A stretch of 64,000 nt of DNA, from assembly GCA_012295275.1 (NCBI GenBank), contig CM022679.1, positions 9,176,001 to 9,240,000 of the forward strand. The letters run 5' to 3'. Positions 26,001 through 39,092 of this stretch are shown piece after piece. The position numbers and the translations under genes are program-made. This DNA comes from Chrysomallon squamiferum (lineage: Eukaryota > Animalia > Mollusca). The notes below the pieces were generated by a model. The model was not told where the DNA came from, did not search any database, and saw only the letters and a program-made list of their open reading frames with translations. The first letter of the stretch is position 1, and each line of letters begins with the position of its first letter.

Positions 26001-29000
26001 AAATTACTGAATATTAATCTTACATTAATTTAATTTTTTTTTTTTTGTATTGAAACTTGTGGTTTTAAAAAATTCAGGTTTTAAATTTATTTATTTGCCA
26101 GGTTTTTTTTTTTTTTTTTAATTTAATATTTATTGTTTATTATTTTAATTATAATTAATATTCATTGTAATAACAAAATAAATAATATTGCTGATTGTTG
26201 CTGAATCAGATATCTGTTATCTTTGTGTCATTTGTATAGAGATATTACATAGTTGATTAAATAAAACTTAAATCTGAGTTAATTTCTTTCTGATGTATCA
26301 GTGGACAATACAGTTTTAATATTATATATTTATAATTTTAATATAGACTTAAATTATCATTGAAAGCAGTTTAGAAATGATTTTTTTTTTTTCTTACATA
26401 TTATTGAATAAAACATAATTTTTAGGTGTGAAATCTTTAGTATATATCCTATGAATTTGATTTCTGAAACTCAGATAGAAGACAAAGAAGACGAACCTAC
26501 GACAACGCACATTACCTCGATATCGACCGAGTTCTTTCAGTGGAGCTGTAGACATTTTGCTCAGCCTGTGATGCGACTGGCAGAAGAAACTGACCCAGAG
26601 AGCACAGCCTATCACAGGCGGGAGTACCGCTTTGCTCGCAACGACAGAGTTCGTCGACAAGCCCTTGAAGAACAGTCAAGAGCAGGTTTGAAAATTAGAG
26701 ATTATTTTTTTTATTTTTTTATTATTTATAAAAACATTTATTTTGATCATTATTTTATTTTACTTTTAATTTACTTATTTACTTTAGTATTTTTTTTTTT
26801 TTTTTTTTTTTATTTTTTTTTTTTTTTTTTTTTTTAAATTTTATTTTTATTTTTTTATTTTACTTTTTTTTTTTTTTTTATTTTACTTTTATTATTTTAT
26901 TTATTTATTTATTTATTTTTATTTATTTTTTTTCATTTTTTAATTATTATTTATTTATTTACTTATTTTTTTATTATTAATATTTTTATTTTATTTCATT
27001 TTTGTTTTATAATTAATTTTTCATATATAATAGCTTTAAGATTGTTTTTTTTATTAATTGTGCTGGAAATAAAAAATAAAAAAAATTAATTAAAAGAATA
27101 AGCTGAAAGTACATTGATAGAACACTGAAAATGCAATGGATTACTGACATAACTTTATAACATTTTTTTTGTTAAAGAGTTTCAGCCACGAAATGTAATC
27201 TGAAGTAATTATGAGAAATGCAGAATATTTAATCATTTTGAGAAAATCATCCATCAGAGTTTTATAAAGTTTTAAATAGAAGTCTTGTTTCTAAAACTAC
27301 TGTTCATTTGAAAAATCACTTCATCTAAACTTTCAAGGTGTGTACATTTTTAAAATTTTAATATTCACACATTGTTTAATTTTACTCTTGCAGGTTTTAG
27401 CAGGCTGGATGACCAGATTTTTGTCAATCGTAACCATGGGATCCCGTCAGTAATAAAATTCCATCCCAATGAGTCGTATCTGGGGGTTGCTGATAAAGAC
27501 ACAGTCAGGTGTGTGCAGAATTAGTAACAAATGCATTAAAAAAACAAGTTATTTCATTTTATTCTTTAAAAGAAAGGTGTTATTTTATTGAGAACTGCAG
27601 AAGCCTACCAATAAAAAGAGTAAATGTCATATCAAAATTTTGATCTTTCTCTCAGTCTCCCAAGAAAATAATAAATCTCAAATAAATTTTCAAAAACATT
27701 TTTGTTTTCTTTTTTTTTAAAGTATTATTTGGTATGTATGGAAATAATTTTTATTAAAAACTATTTTTGAAATGATAATTCATGTTAATTTTATATAACA
27801 ATTGTCAATATTTCCTGATTTGCCTATTTGTTAATAGATCTGAATTTATTATTATTTTTTTTTAATTTTATTATTATTTTTTAATTTTATTATTTTATTT
27901 TTAATTTTTTTTAACTGGTTTCTTTAAGTATAAACAAGTGGATATAATATTATGCATGATTATGTATACTGTTACATGTAGATAGACAGATAGATAGATA
28001 TGTGTGTGTTCATCATTTAGAAATAATATTTTGTTGCAGTATTTGGGACTGGGAACATGGTACCAGATTAAGTTCTATTCAGAACAACAACCCCAAAGTT
28101 ACACGTATCACTGCCATGGATTTCATCAATGCCCACGATCTCACTCTGCTTATGTGTGGTACAGGTTGGTTTTACAAGAATATAGCACACTTTTCTTATC
28201 AGTATTTTTCAGCAATTTTCTTTCTTTCTTTTTTTTTTCTGTAAGTTGTGGGTGGGGATTTTGTGGAAGTATTTATTGTTTGAGCATGAGATGAATCATT
28301 AGAGTTAATCTAAACAAGCAACCTAGCTTCAGTGTAAAATAAAATTCATTCATTTTTTTTATTTTATTTTTTTTTTACGGTCCTTCTGATATAAGATCTT
28401 CTGCATTAGATTATTATTATCATTATCATTATCATTATTATTATTGTTATTGTTATTTTATCCTTGTTTAAAATACTTCTATTATAATGTTATGCCAGAT
28501 GCTCCTTTTCAATTCAGTATAATATTTATACTAATCACTTTTAGTTCATTTGTTGTACTCGTGGTAAATACGCGAACTTGTCTGATAGATGGTAGTGTCA
28601 AACTGTGTATTTATGTTAAAAACTTGTATTCACTGTGTTAAAAACTTGTATTCACTGTGTTAAAACTGCTGTTTTATTCGTTCGTTAGATGACGGCTCTG
28701 TTCGGATCTGGCGGAACTACATGCACGAAGAAAACAGGCGTAAAGAATTAGTGACTGCTTTTCAGGCTTTGTCAGACATGATTCCTCTGGTCAGAGGTAA
28801 ACAGCTCGTCCTAAGTACAGTGTAACTTTATCATTTATTGTCAACACCTCATTCTAAATACAGTCTAACTTTGTCATGTCAGACATTAGTTTTAAGATAA
28901 TTGTACAGTGTAACTATCGCACTTGGGTTTTTAATATTTTATACAGTTCTTAAATGTTTTTGCTGGTAATGATAGTTGTTGAGATAGCAAGCGTGTGTTT

Positions 29001-32000
29001 TATTTAAAGATTTCACCATAATAATCAGTTTGGTGTCTTGTGTGATGTAAATAATGTCAGTTTGTGTATAATTACCTCTGCAGGGTCTGGTCTGGTTGCT
29101 GAATGGGAGCAGCACACACAAACACTGATAGCCTCAGGAGACGTCAGGGTCATCCGAATTTGGGACACACACAAAGAATGCAAGACTATGGTAAGTACAC
29201 ACTTCATTCTGGACATAATAAGTTTTTTTTTTAACTATGACTGTTAGGTAACATTATCTTTTATGCAAGACAGTTTAATTACTGTTTAGCTGTGTTTTTT
29301 GAAATTTGGTTTATTAATACAAGTGTATGCTTGTCAGAAATTTATAAAACAGAGTCAAAGCTTCTGTTAAATAACTGTTTTCGTCAAAATTGATCTTGAA
29401 ACTGTTAGCTGAACTATGGCCACTTTAGCTACCTCTGTATCAAAATATGTTTTTACATTCAAGATTTACAAATTCAAATTAAAGACAGTTTATTTCAGTC
29501 ATTTTTCAAATAAAAACAAAATGAAAAGGATATCAGTTTATTTTGGTTTTTTTTTCCCTATTCATTAATGCTGAAGCAGTTAATCAAGTTTTTTTTTTAA
29601 TTTAATTTTTATAGCTGTTAAAAACAGATAAGATATTTAATGTAATGTAAAAATGATTTCTTGTTTTCAGGATATACCAACAGGAGCAGACAGCTGTGTG
29701 ACGAGTCTAGCATGTGACTCAATGCGTAGATCTCTCCTCATAGCTGGCTGTGGTGATGGAACAGTTCGACTCTTTGACAGAAGGCTGGCTCCAACAGAGT
29801 GGTGAGTGTGTGTGTCTGTCACTCAGTGTGTATTCTTAAACAGTGCCTCAATCTTTCTGATTCTGGACTGTCAGTTGTACTGTTAACCTTTTGGCATTTT
29901 TATCCAGCCAAGATAGCAATTATTATTGATATTATAATTGATGTGGTAAAGTGGTCTTAAATTATTATTATTATTAGCAATTTTTGTAACTTGAATAAAT
30001 ATTTTAAAAGAAGAGAAAAATAATTATTGCAGTTGACTGGAAGATTGTTTATATATATATATATATATGAAGTAATAATAAAACTAATATACCATAATGC
30101 TTAAAATTCAGAAAATAATTTATATTTAATTAATGCTTATAAATGTTTATAAATGAATGATAAATTATGAATTATTGTTTGAACAATGAATTTTAAGATG
30201 TTTTTGTTTAAAAAGCCATAAAATTCTGTTCTGTTTTCAGTCGAGTGATGACTTTGCGAGAACACACAAGCAGAGTTGTCAAAGTACATCTACAGAGAGG
30301 TGCTGAAGGGAAAATTATCAGTGCAGGGTATGTTTAACTAAAACAGCCTCCAGCTCAAAATAAGGAGTGTCTACAAGATTATTGCCACAGCTTTTGCAGT
30401 TTCCAGCTTTTTATAATTAGTATTATTGATAGTGTTAAATGGAAACAGTTACATGGGAAAATGTATTGTCTTAGATGTGTTAGAAATTTCATTTCTAATA
30501 TATAAATAATAATAAAACATTTTTGTATGCATATCGATGTTTCTGACATGCTGTGCATTTCTGTTGTACTAAAACATATATTAGATTCTTGGATTTTGTT
30601 ATTTTCATGACATAAACTTAATCATTTCACTACAGTTATCTGGGGAAATCCATTGCATTTATTTAGTAGATAACACTACTTGTGAATAATTTCATTTTTA
30701 AAAAAATATATATATATTGTATACTTCACTAGTAATGGAGGAGATATCCGGTTCTGGGATCCCCGGTTTACAGAATCTGTACGTGTGTTACCAGTTCTAC
30801 AAGGTTTAACAGCTATGGATATTCATCCTCGTGCAGATGTTATTGCTTGGTAAGACATGAACTATTTCTTCTTTCAGATCATCCACACACAACAAAAAAG
30901 CATAGTTTAAAATAATTGTTATCCAGTAGTTTTGTGTAGATTGGTGCCGTACAAAACTCATGACAAGAACCATAAAAACACAAGATGGCTGTTATTTGTT
31001 TTTAAATAAATTTTATTATTTTTCTTAATAATGTGTATGTAAGATAACAATTACAGTAATGGTCATGAAATCTATTGTTTCTCATTGGAAATTTTTCTTG
31101 TTTTTTAAATTTATTAATGAAATGTAATATTATTATGTATTGGTTTTCTTACACTCAGCTAAATTTCTTTGTGTTGTGTTTGAAAGTTGTGTGTCGTCAT
31201 TAACTATTCATTTCTTCTTCTTATTTGTTGATTCCACTTCTAGAAGAGAAAAATTCTAAATTCTGTTAATATTTCCAATTTCTTTTAAACTCAGAATTAA
31301 CAGATGTTCTTTTTCATAACCAATATGTAGCAGTAAAAGTATAATTATTTATTTATTTATTTATTTACTTATTTATTTACTTACTTACTTTCTTACTTAT
31401 TTATTAAGGAAGCTGTTTGCTGCTGTGTTGAGATTAGAATGTATTCTGTTTTATTAAACTATTTTTGTGCTGCAGTGGTTCTGTCAGTCAGTCTATCAGT
31501 GTGTTCAACCAGTCAGGTGACAGTCTCAGCACAATCAAATACCATGAAGGTTTTCTAGGACAGAGGATAGGAACTATCAGCAGTCTAGCCTTTCACCCTT
31601 ACAGTGTAAGTTTCAAACAGCCTTTTACCCTTAACAGTGTAAGTTTCAAACAGCCTTTCACACTTACAGTGTAAGTTTCAAACAGCCTTTCACCCTTACA
31701 GTGTAAGTTTCAAATAGCCTTTCAGTGTAAGTTTCAAATAGTCTTTCACCCCTTACAGTGTAAGTTTCAAATAGCCTTTCATTTGAGTTTCAAATATTAT
31801 AATAAGTTTCAAATAGCCTTTCACCCTTACAGTGTAAGTTTCAAATAGCCTTTCACCCTTACAGTGTAAGTTTCAAATAGCCTTTCACCCTTACAGTGTA
31901 AGTTTCAAATAGCCTTTCACCCTTACAGTGTAAGTTTCAAATAGCCTTTCACCCTTACAGTGTAAGTTTCAAATAGCCTTTCACCCTTACAGTGTAAGTT

Positions 32001-32758
32001 TCAAACAGCCTTTCACCCTTACAGTGTAAGTTTCAAATAGCCTTTCACCCTTACAGTGTAAGTTTCAAATAGCCTTTCACCCTTACAGTGTAAGTTTCAA
32101 ATAGCCTTTCACCCTTACAGTGTAAGTTTCAAATAGCCTTTCACCCTTATAGTGTAAGTTTCAAACAGCCTTTCACCCTTATAGTGTAAGTTTCAAACAG
32201 CCTTTCACCCTTATAGTGTAAGTTTCAAATAGCTTTTCATTCTGATAGTGTGAGATACACATATATCAGTTCAGATATTATGATACATTATCTTATAACA
32301 ACATTTTGTTTATTTTCTCATCCAGCCTCAGAACTTAATGTGTATGGTTTAAAATATTATAAATCAGCTTTTTATAATGATTTATTTTTAAAACTACATT
32401 CATTTTATTATTATATATACCAATATATGACACCAAGCAGTTGATCATTATTTTGTGGTTAAACAATCATATGACAAGTCATAATTTTCAGATACTTTAC
32501 AGTGACAATAATCTGATATTCTTGGAAGCAAATTAAGGACATTTTTCTCTTATTTTACCCAGATATCCATTTTAACATAATAGAAATAAGTTCTTGTATG
32601 AAATGAGATGAGACCTGAAAAAAGTTTTGTAAAGTTTCTAATCTGTGAGAGTTACTGTTATTATTATCAACTGTTTCTGTTTTTAAAGGTGAAACTAGCA
32701 GCTAGGGAGTACAGACTCGTTTGTTTCGGTTTATTCTACATCAACCAAGAAGAGCTGA
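11776..32758 (+). CDS. RPTOR: Regulatory-associated protein of mTOR (Raptor), ~1314 aa after correcting two 1-nt indels
   Basis: Exons 11776-11925, 12806-12908, 13297-13457, 13950-14030, 14391-14537, 15571-15749, 16077-16136, 16418-16517, 16878-17022, 17469-17649, 17785-17868, 18500-18610, 19133-19207, 19395-19460, 19857-19955, 20415-20507, 21062-21202, 21930-22089, 23045-23149 (cassette?), 24280-24539, 24976-25076, 25836-25977, 26475-26685, 27394-27508, 28040-28164, 28689-28796, 29084-29190, 29671-29801, 30241-30327, 30733-30849, 31476-31605, 32689-32758. RNC motifs ([30 protein letters not shown]), HEAT repeats and WD40 repeats are present. Frameshifts at ~16471 and ~32704. Confidence 0.97.
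14935..15594 (+). repeat. ~60-bp tandem array (11 units) made of the RPTOR exon-6 splice acceptor plus the first 24 coding nt
   Basis: Unit (T/A-rich tract)TTTTCAG|TCGACCAGTACAAATGGAAACCAG|G(T/A)TTTTTAAA with period 57-64 nt; the last unit is the functional exon start at 15571. Confidence 0.95.
24090..24285 (+). repeat. Degenerate ~55-bp tandem repeat (4 units) duplicating a RPTOR splice acceptor
   Basis: cactttttagccacatcaat / aactttcagccacatcaat / accttttagccatc / accttttagctgcg; the last unit is the functional acceptor at 24279/24280. Confidence 0.65.
31586..32237 (+). repeat. 32-bp minisatellite (~20 units) made of the RPTOR penultimate exon end plus its donor
   Basis: Unit AGCCTTTCACCCTTACAGT|GTAAGTTTCAAA(T/C); the first unit is the functional donor at 31605/31606; about 19 intact GTAAGT. 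Confidence 0.97.
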
Positions 32759-33074
32759 CAACAAGTTTAATTAGTAGAGACTAAATATGACTAACATTAA
32801 TCCATTGTGCTGCTACTGACTGTTGCTACCGGTAAAATTTTAACAGGGATGATGTGATTACAGACAGACAGACTTATAACAGCAGGAGACACAAAATGGC
32901 TCTGATAAAAGATCCATCATTGTTCAAATTACACTGACAGACTTTTAACTGATCAGCAATAGAATCTGAATATCCTGATTTAAGCATTCAGACACCTCAA
33001 AGACAAAAGTTATAACTTGCAAAAGGACTAAATTGTGATCAGTACTGCAGTCAGAAAATTTTGACTTGAACCAG

Positions 33075-33810
33075 TGTCAGTGGAATCAGCTCAAAGATAA
33101 TTTTTAATCAGTGTCAGACAGTAAATAACAACCTGATCATCAACACTGTCAGAACATGTTGATTTAACCACTGATTTAGCTCAAAGATGAAACTTTTAAT
33201 CACTGTCAGACCAAATAAATAACAACCTGATCATCAACACTGTCAGAAAATGTTGATTTAACCATTGATTTAGCTCAAAGATGAAACTTTCAAACCAAAT
33301 AAATAACAACCTGATCATCGACAGTGTCAGAAAATGTTGATTTAACCATTGATTTAGCTCAAAGATGAAACTTTTAAACTTTCAAACCAAATAAATAACA
33401 ACCTGATCATCAACACTGTCAGAAAATGTTGATTTAACCATTGATTTAGCTCAAAGATGAAACTTTCAAACCAAATAAATAACAACCTGATCATCGACAG
33501 TGTCAGAAAATGTTGATTTAACCATTGATTTAGCTCAAAGATTAAACTTTTAATCACTGTCAGACCAAATAAATAACAACCTGATCATCAACACTGTCAG
33601 AAAATGTAGATTTAACCATTGATTTAGCTCAAAGATGAAACATTCAAACCAAATAAATAACAACCTGATCATCGACAGTGTCAGAAAATGTTGATTTAAC
33701 CATTGATTTAGCTCAAAGATGAAACTTTTAATCACTGTCAGACCAAATAAATAACAACCTGATCATCAACACTGTCAAAAAAATTCTGAATTAGCCATTG
33801 AAACAGCTCA
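33075..33810. repeat. 84/94-bp alternating tandem repeat (~8 units, ~178-bp dimer) just 3' of RPTOR
   Basis: Core aataacaacctgatcatc(a/g)aca(c/g)tgtcagaaaatgttgatttaaccattgatttagctcaaagatgaaacttt recurs at about 33124, 33218, 33302, 33394, 33478, 33572, 33656 and 33750. Confidence 0.95.
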
Positions 33811-34574
33811 GGTGTAACGAAGCTTCTAAAAAACAAAAAACTGACAGCTGCAGAGTTGTTGGTGAAAACTTGGTTCCAACACTGTGAACCTTCTGACAGC
33901 TGTAATTGTGGTCTCATGCAAAGTTTCAGCATTCACCAATAGCACAAGAGAAATTTAAACCAGTGGCATTAAAATAGACGTCTCGTTGTAATAAAAACGT
34001 ACACTTTGTAATACTAAACCATTTATGTAATAGTTGTGTGACTTTTTGTATTATATACTTATATATATACATATATATAAAGTTTATATCTTCTATATCA
34101 GTTCTGCTTATCTTTCATATCAAGAGAAAGAATGTTGTCAAGTAATTGTCATGAATATTCGTTAGTGCTACGTATGTTAAGTATTCAGTTTTAAATCAGG
34201 TCCTATGGAAATTGTTTTAATGCTGTTAATTTTTTTCACCTTCTGCTCAGGGAGTGTTGAAATATTTCACTATTGAAAATAATCTAAACTGAAAGTAACC
34301 TTGTTTTGTTATATTATTTTTTATCTTTTCAACTTTAATACAGACATTAATTATCATTAATTCGACATACTGAGGTGCAAAGATATGCTGCTGTCTGCAA
34401 CCAAAAATAAATGGTGAAAATCTCCTTGTTTTCCTCCACGTTATTTTTTTAATTTTTAATTTTTTTATTTTTTTTTTTATTTAATCTCAGCAAGGAGTGT
34501 GACTATTTAAAAATACTGCCACAATATTATTATTAATATGTTTTTTAAAAAAAGCTTGCAGAGGTTTCATTTTA

Positions 34575-34611
<37 letters not shown>

Positions 34612-36281
34612 GTTCTTATTGTTAAATTGCCAATTTTTGGGTTATTCATTCTTTTTTTTTTTTTTTTTTTTTTTTGTTTTTTCTTGCTCTCTTTATTTTT
34701 TATACTTTTAAAAAATTTTATTTATCTTATTTTTTTATATTTGAAAACACCAGTCTTAAAAATAAAAATGATTCCATACAAGATCTCATTTTTGGTTTTT
34801 ATTTCCACTTTATCCATTTAAACAGAAAACTTTGATCAGTGTATACATTTTTTATTTCTTCCCATATTTATTTATTTTTGTTTCAGTTTAAACCAGATAT
34901 TATATCAGAAATTATTGTGCTGTCTGATCAACAAGAAACTTGTCAATATATTTTTTAATTCAGCAATTTTAAAATAGTTCAGTTTACAAGATATAGTTAA
35001 TGAAACAAAATAAACATGATTCTGTTTTTAGAAAAAAATTACTTAATTAAAATTGATAAGAAAATATATTTATCAGTTTTAAAGATATTACAAACAGGTT
35101 TAACACTGGTTTGGGGTTGTTTTTTAAATGACTGTGAGATCATATCTAATATCAGATGTTTAAAGAAAGACTAGATGTGTGTGTGTGTGTGTGATGCAGT
35201 TAAAAGTTTCATCATACATACATGCATACATACATACAGATATATATAAACAGAAAAGCTTCCTTATATATTTATATTAAGGTAGCTTTTCTTTTTTTCT
35301 TCTTTTATTTAATTTTTTTTTGATTAAATATTAGTGATGTGATTTCAGTTAATTGAGAACACAAATGAATTTGTCCTTTTCATTCTCTACATGTCTTTCA
35401 TTAATATATTTATATTTAATTAATTGTTATTACCACATGAAATTCATAATCATATTATTTATGTGATTCATTGATCTTATGTTTTATATAGTTTGATTAT
35501 TTGCCAGATTGTTGTATGGGAGTTTCTGGAGATGGGATCGAAGTTATGTTTTTTATTTTTTATTTTTTATTTTTTTTTTATATGTTTATGTTAATGATGT
35601 TAGTGCCAATGCAATACATTTTAACCTGCAATGTTTACAGAGTGTAAGATATTAGAAATAACTGAAAGATTAATATAGCTCATTGTAGATGATTAAACAT
35701 CTTTATAAAAAATTAGAATTTTTTTTTTTTTTTTTTTTTTAACATATATAATTTTAGACAGTTATGAATGTAAGACATTATTTTGATGGTAAAATTAATT
35801 TTCCTTTAAGTTGGTCCTCATTTGTTATGGATTATTATTATTATTTATTTATTTTTTTAATTTTTTTTTTATCACATTAAAGTCACAAAACTAGACAGAA
35901 AAGTAAATCAAATTTGTGTTTGTTGTTGGGTTTGGAGAATGCTTGCAAATATATATTGTTTTTAGGTTATGTTGGTATGAATATTTCTAAGTATGCAGAT
36001 GTAGTCCTAACAAGTTTATTCATATGTGATATGTGTGTATTATTTCTGTACATTCATAACTATTGTTTTAATAGTAGGTATACTTGTACCAACCAAATTA
36101 CTTAAAACCAGGAGAATTTCTTCCTTTTATTGTTGAAATTTTCATACAGATATTCTGACTAAATAATTGTAGCATATAATGAGTAAGTTAGTACTACTAG
36201 TCATTTCTAGTCAGTTCTCTAAAGATTTCTAACTGAACCAGCAATATAAAAAGCTTAATTCATTTATCTGCTTAAAACCAC

Positions 36282-36379
<98 letters not shown>

Positions 36380-37543
36380 CCCAAGCTTTATTCAACATTC
36401 CACTTATGTGATAATTTTTTTTATATATGAAAGATGCTCAGTGAAAAAAAAAAAAAATGTGCCTGTGTGTGATAAATGAAATTTATGGTACACAGCTGTT
36501 TTACTGAATGTCTCACATTTGTTTGGGAATTTTTATTATTTTTTTGGGGGAAAGGGTTTCTTGCAAAGAACTGGTCAGTTGTAAGTATATGAGGATTCTT
36601 TTGTGTGTGTGTGCGTGTGTGTGTGTGTGTGCATGCTAATTATCATGCACACAGTACAAGAAAAAAAGGAGAGAGAGAGTATTATGGCATTTCTTTTAAA
36701 ATTTGATAAATAGGAAAAAAACTAAAAAAAAAAAATATTGGTATCTTTAGAACCTTTTATTCATGTTAAAATATAAAAATTCTCTCACATGTATGTGGAA
36801 GATACTTTGTTCTTTTAATTTCTACATACATTTAGCTTACATGTGAAATGTTATTTATTATTTATACAATTTGTTTAATTAAGTTCTTTAAGTATATTAA
36901 TTTCTTAATTATTATTTTTAAAAGAATTGCAAAATTATAAATTAAATGTTATCTTTATAAAACATTTATATTGCTTTATAGATTTAAAACCCTTATAAAC
37001 AATAGATATATTTTAGATTTGAAATATATTAAATTGTTGGTATGTAGATAATGCAATCTTTTGAAAATATTAAAATATTCATATTATTATATTTATTTCT
37101 TCTGTTAAAATATTAAGCTCATGCTAAATTTTTCACTTCCATTTACTTATCATTTATTTCATTTTCATTGCTTCTTAGATTCAAATACGTCTTTAATCAG
37201 TTTAGTTTAATGCTTTTGATGAAAAACAAGATATTCAGTTTTGTTATTGTTAATTATTGAATCATTAAACATCACTTTATATTTATCATCAGCAATTATA
37301 GTGCTATGTAGGAAACACGTTAAAAATGAACAAGTTAGAAAAGCAATGTTTGTAAACATTCATTTATTATTTATTATTTAGATCAGTCCTGGGCAAACAG
37401 GCTTTCTGAATCACCCACCTAATGATGGATAAGCAGTATCTCCTGTCACCTGCTCTCAAAAAAAAAAATCTTATTTAGACTGTATTTATGTGTTGCACAA
37501 ACATGTATTTTGTGATTGTTAATAAGTCTAATCTGACCAAATC

Positions 37544-37574
<31 letters not shown>

Positions 37575-39092
37575 GTAAATAATAATAATAATACTGTTAA
37601 ATCATGGATTTAATTAGAAATTGGTGAATATAGACTTTCAAGCTTGTTTATTCCCAGCCTTTTTTTTTTTTTTTTTTTTTTTTTTACCCCCACAAACAGA
37701 CAGGTGGATATTCATTTAAAATGTTTGCCCATGTGATAAAAATCACAGCTTTTATCAGCAGTTGTTGGTCTTGATAATGCATGGAATGCATTCAGAAATA
37801 ATTGGGAATCAAATATGAATGATTAAAAAGTGTAAATAAAAAATGTTTGCTTTATACTGTCAACATGATGTATATAATGTGTAGCAAAACAGGAATGTTA
37901 TTAAAATATTTAATAACTGAAGTGTTTTTTGTTAAATTATTCTTGTATTTTTTGTCTTCACAATCAATGAGAAGGGGTTTATAACTAGAAACTTTCACTC
38001 ACTTGCAGAGTGATTCTTAATATTAAAATGTGTTGGTATGATTAAACATTAATCCATTACAAAAACCTTTATGATTGATGCCATAGTATGTATGATATCA
38101 CACACTTACATTAATTTATCAACAACAAACAAAAATTTATACAAATTCCAAATGTATTTCCATTATCTTTTTACCAGTGTCTTCTATTAAGTTGTAATAT
38201 GACACAGTTTAACAGCTATAACTTTTTCCACAAGGTAAATGTTACTATTTAGTTTTTTTAAACTTTATAAATTCCTGTCATTTAACAGTATCACATGGAG
38301 TCAGTTGCAAAGACTTACAGATGATACTGGAATGTTGAAACAATATGACAAACAATATGTGTACATAACAGTGCAATACTGTAAACTAACAACCACCACA
38401 AATAAATGAGAAATAGTGTAACTAATGTTACATAAAGAACACACATTTTAGAGATGTAATAGAAAAAATACAGACAAACAGAATGAAGGATCAATGCAAC
38501 ATTCTGAAGATAATGAACCACAACATTCTTTCATTAATAAATGCACAATTATCACATTATTTCAGTATGAGAGATGCACAGTGCAGGTGAATGCAAGTGT
38601 GGATGTATGTGTTTAATGACGTAGCTACTGTTTACAATAGACTTCATACACAGATTCACAAGGCAATTATCACTGAGCTACATTTACATGATAATAAATA
38701 CAATGATTATACATGTCATCTGAACAGGTTATCTGTAATGCTGTCTTATCTCTAATGTTTATTTATACAAAAGAATGTTGTTGTTTTTTTTAAATGAAAA
38801 AAGTAAAGACCATTGTACTTTTATTGCAAATGAAAAATAACATAAAAATATTTATAAATTAAAAATCAACCCAAAAGCGGCTTTAAATATTCACGTCTTT
38901 GGGATATTTCTGTCCTGGGTTTCCACGTCAGTTGCTTCATGGTCATGACAAAATGTAATCCATTTTTTTTCGGATCTTTTTTTTTTTTTCCCTCTCTTTA
39001 AATTATTTAATTTTTTTAAGTGCACGTATTCAAATATAGTCAAACTGTCAGTATCAAGATATGCCAGTATCAGGTTCAGTGACTTTTTTTTC

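Noticed and set aside
31586-32237. 32-bp repeat resembling a CRISPR array
   Set aside because: Units are contiguous with no unique spacers, there are no cas genes, and it lies in a eukaryotic intron.
11776-32758. RPTOR as a pseudogene
   Set aside because: Only two 1-nt indels, with otherwise intact codons and splice sites over 32 exons; assembly error is more parsimonious.
33354-33932. Minus-strand repetitive ORFs
   Set aside because: Translations of the 84/94-bp tandem repeat with no protein signature.
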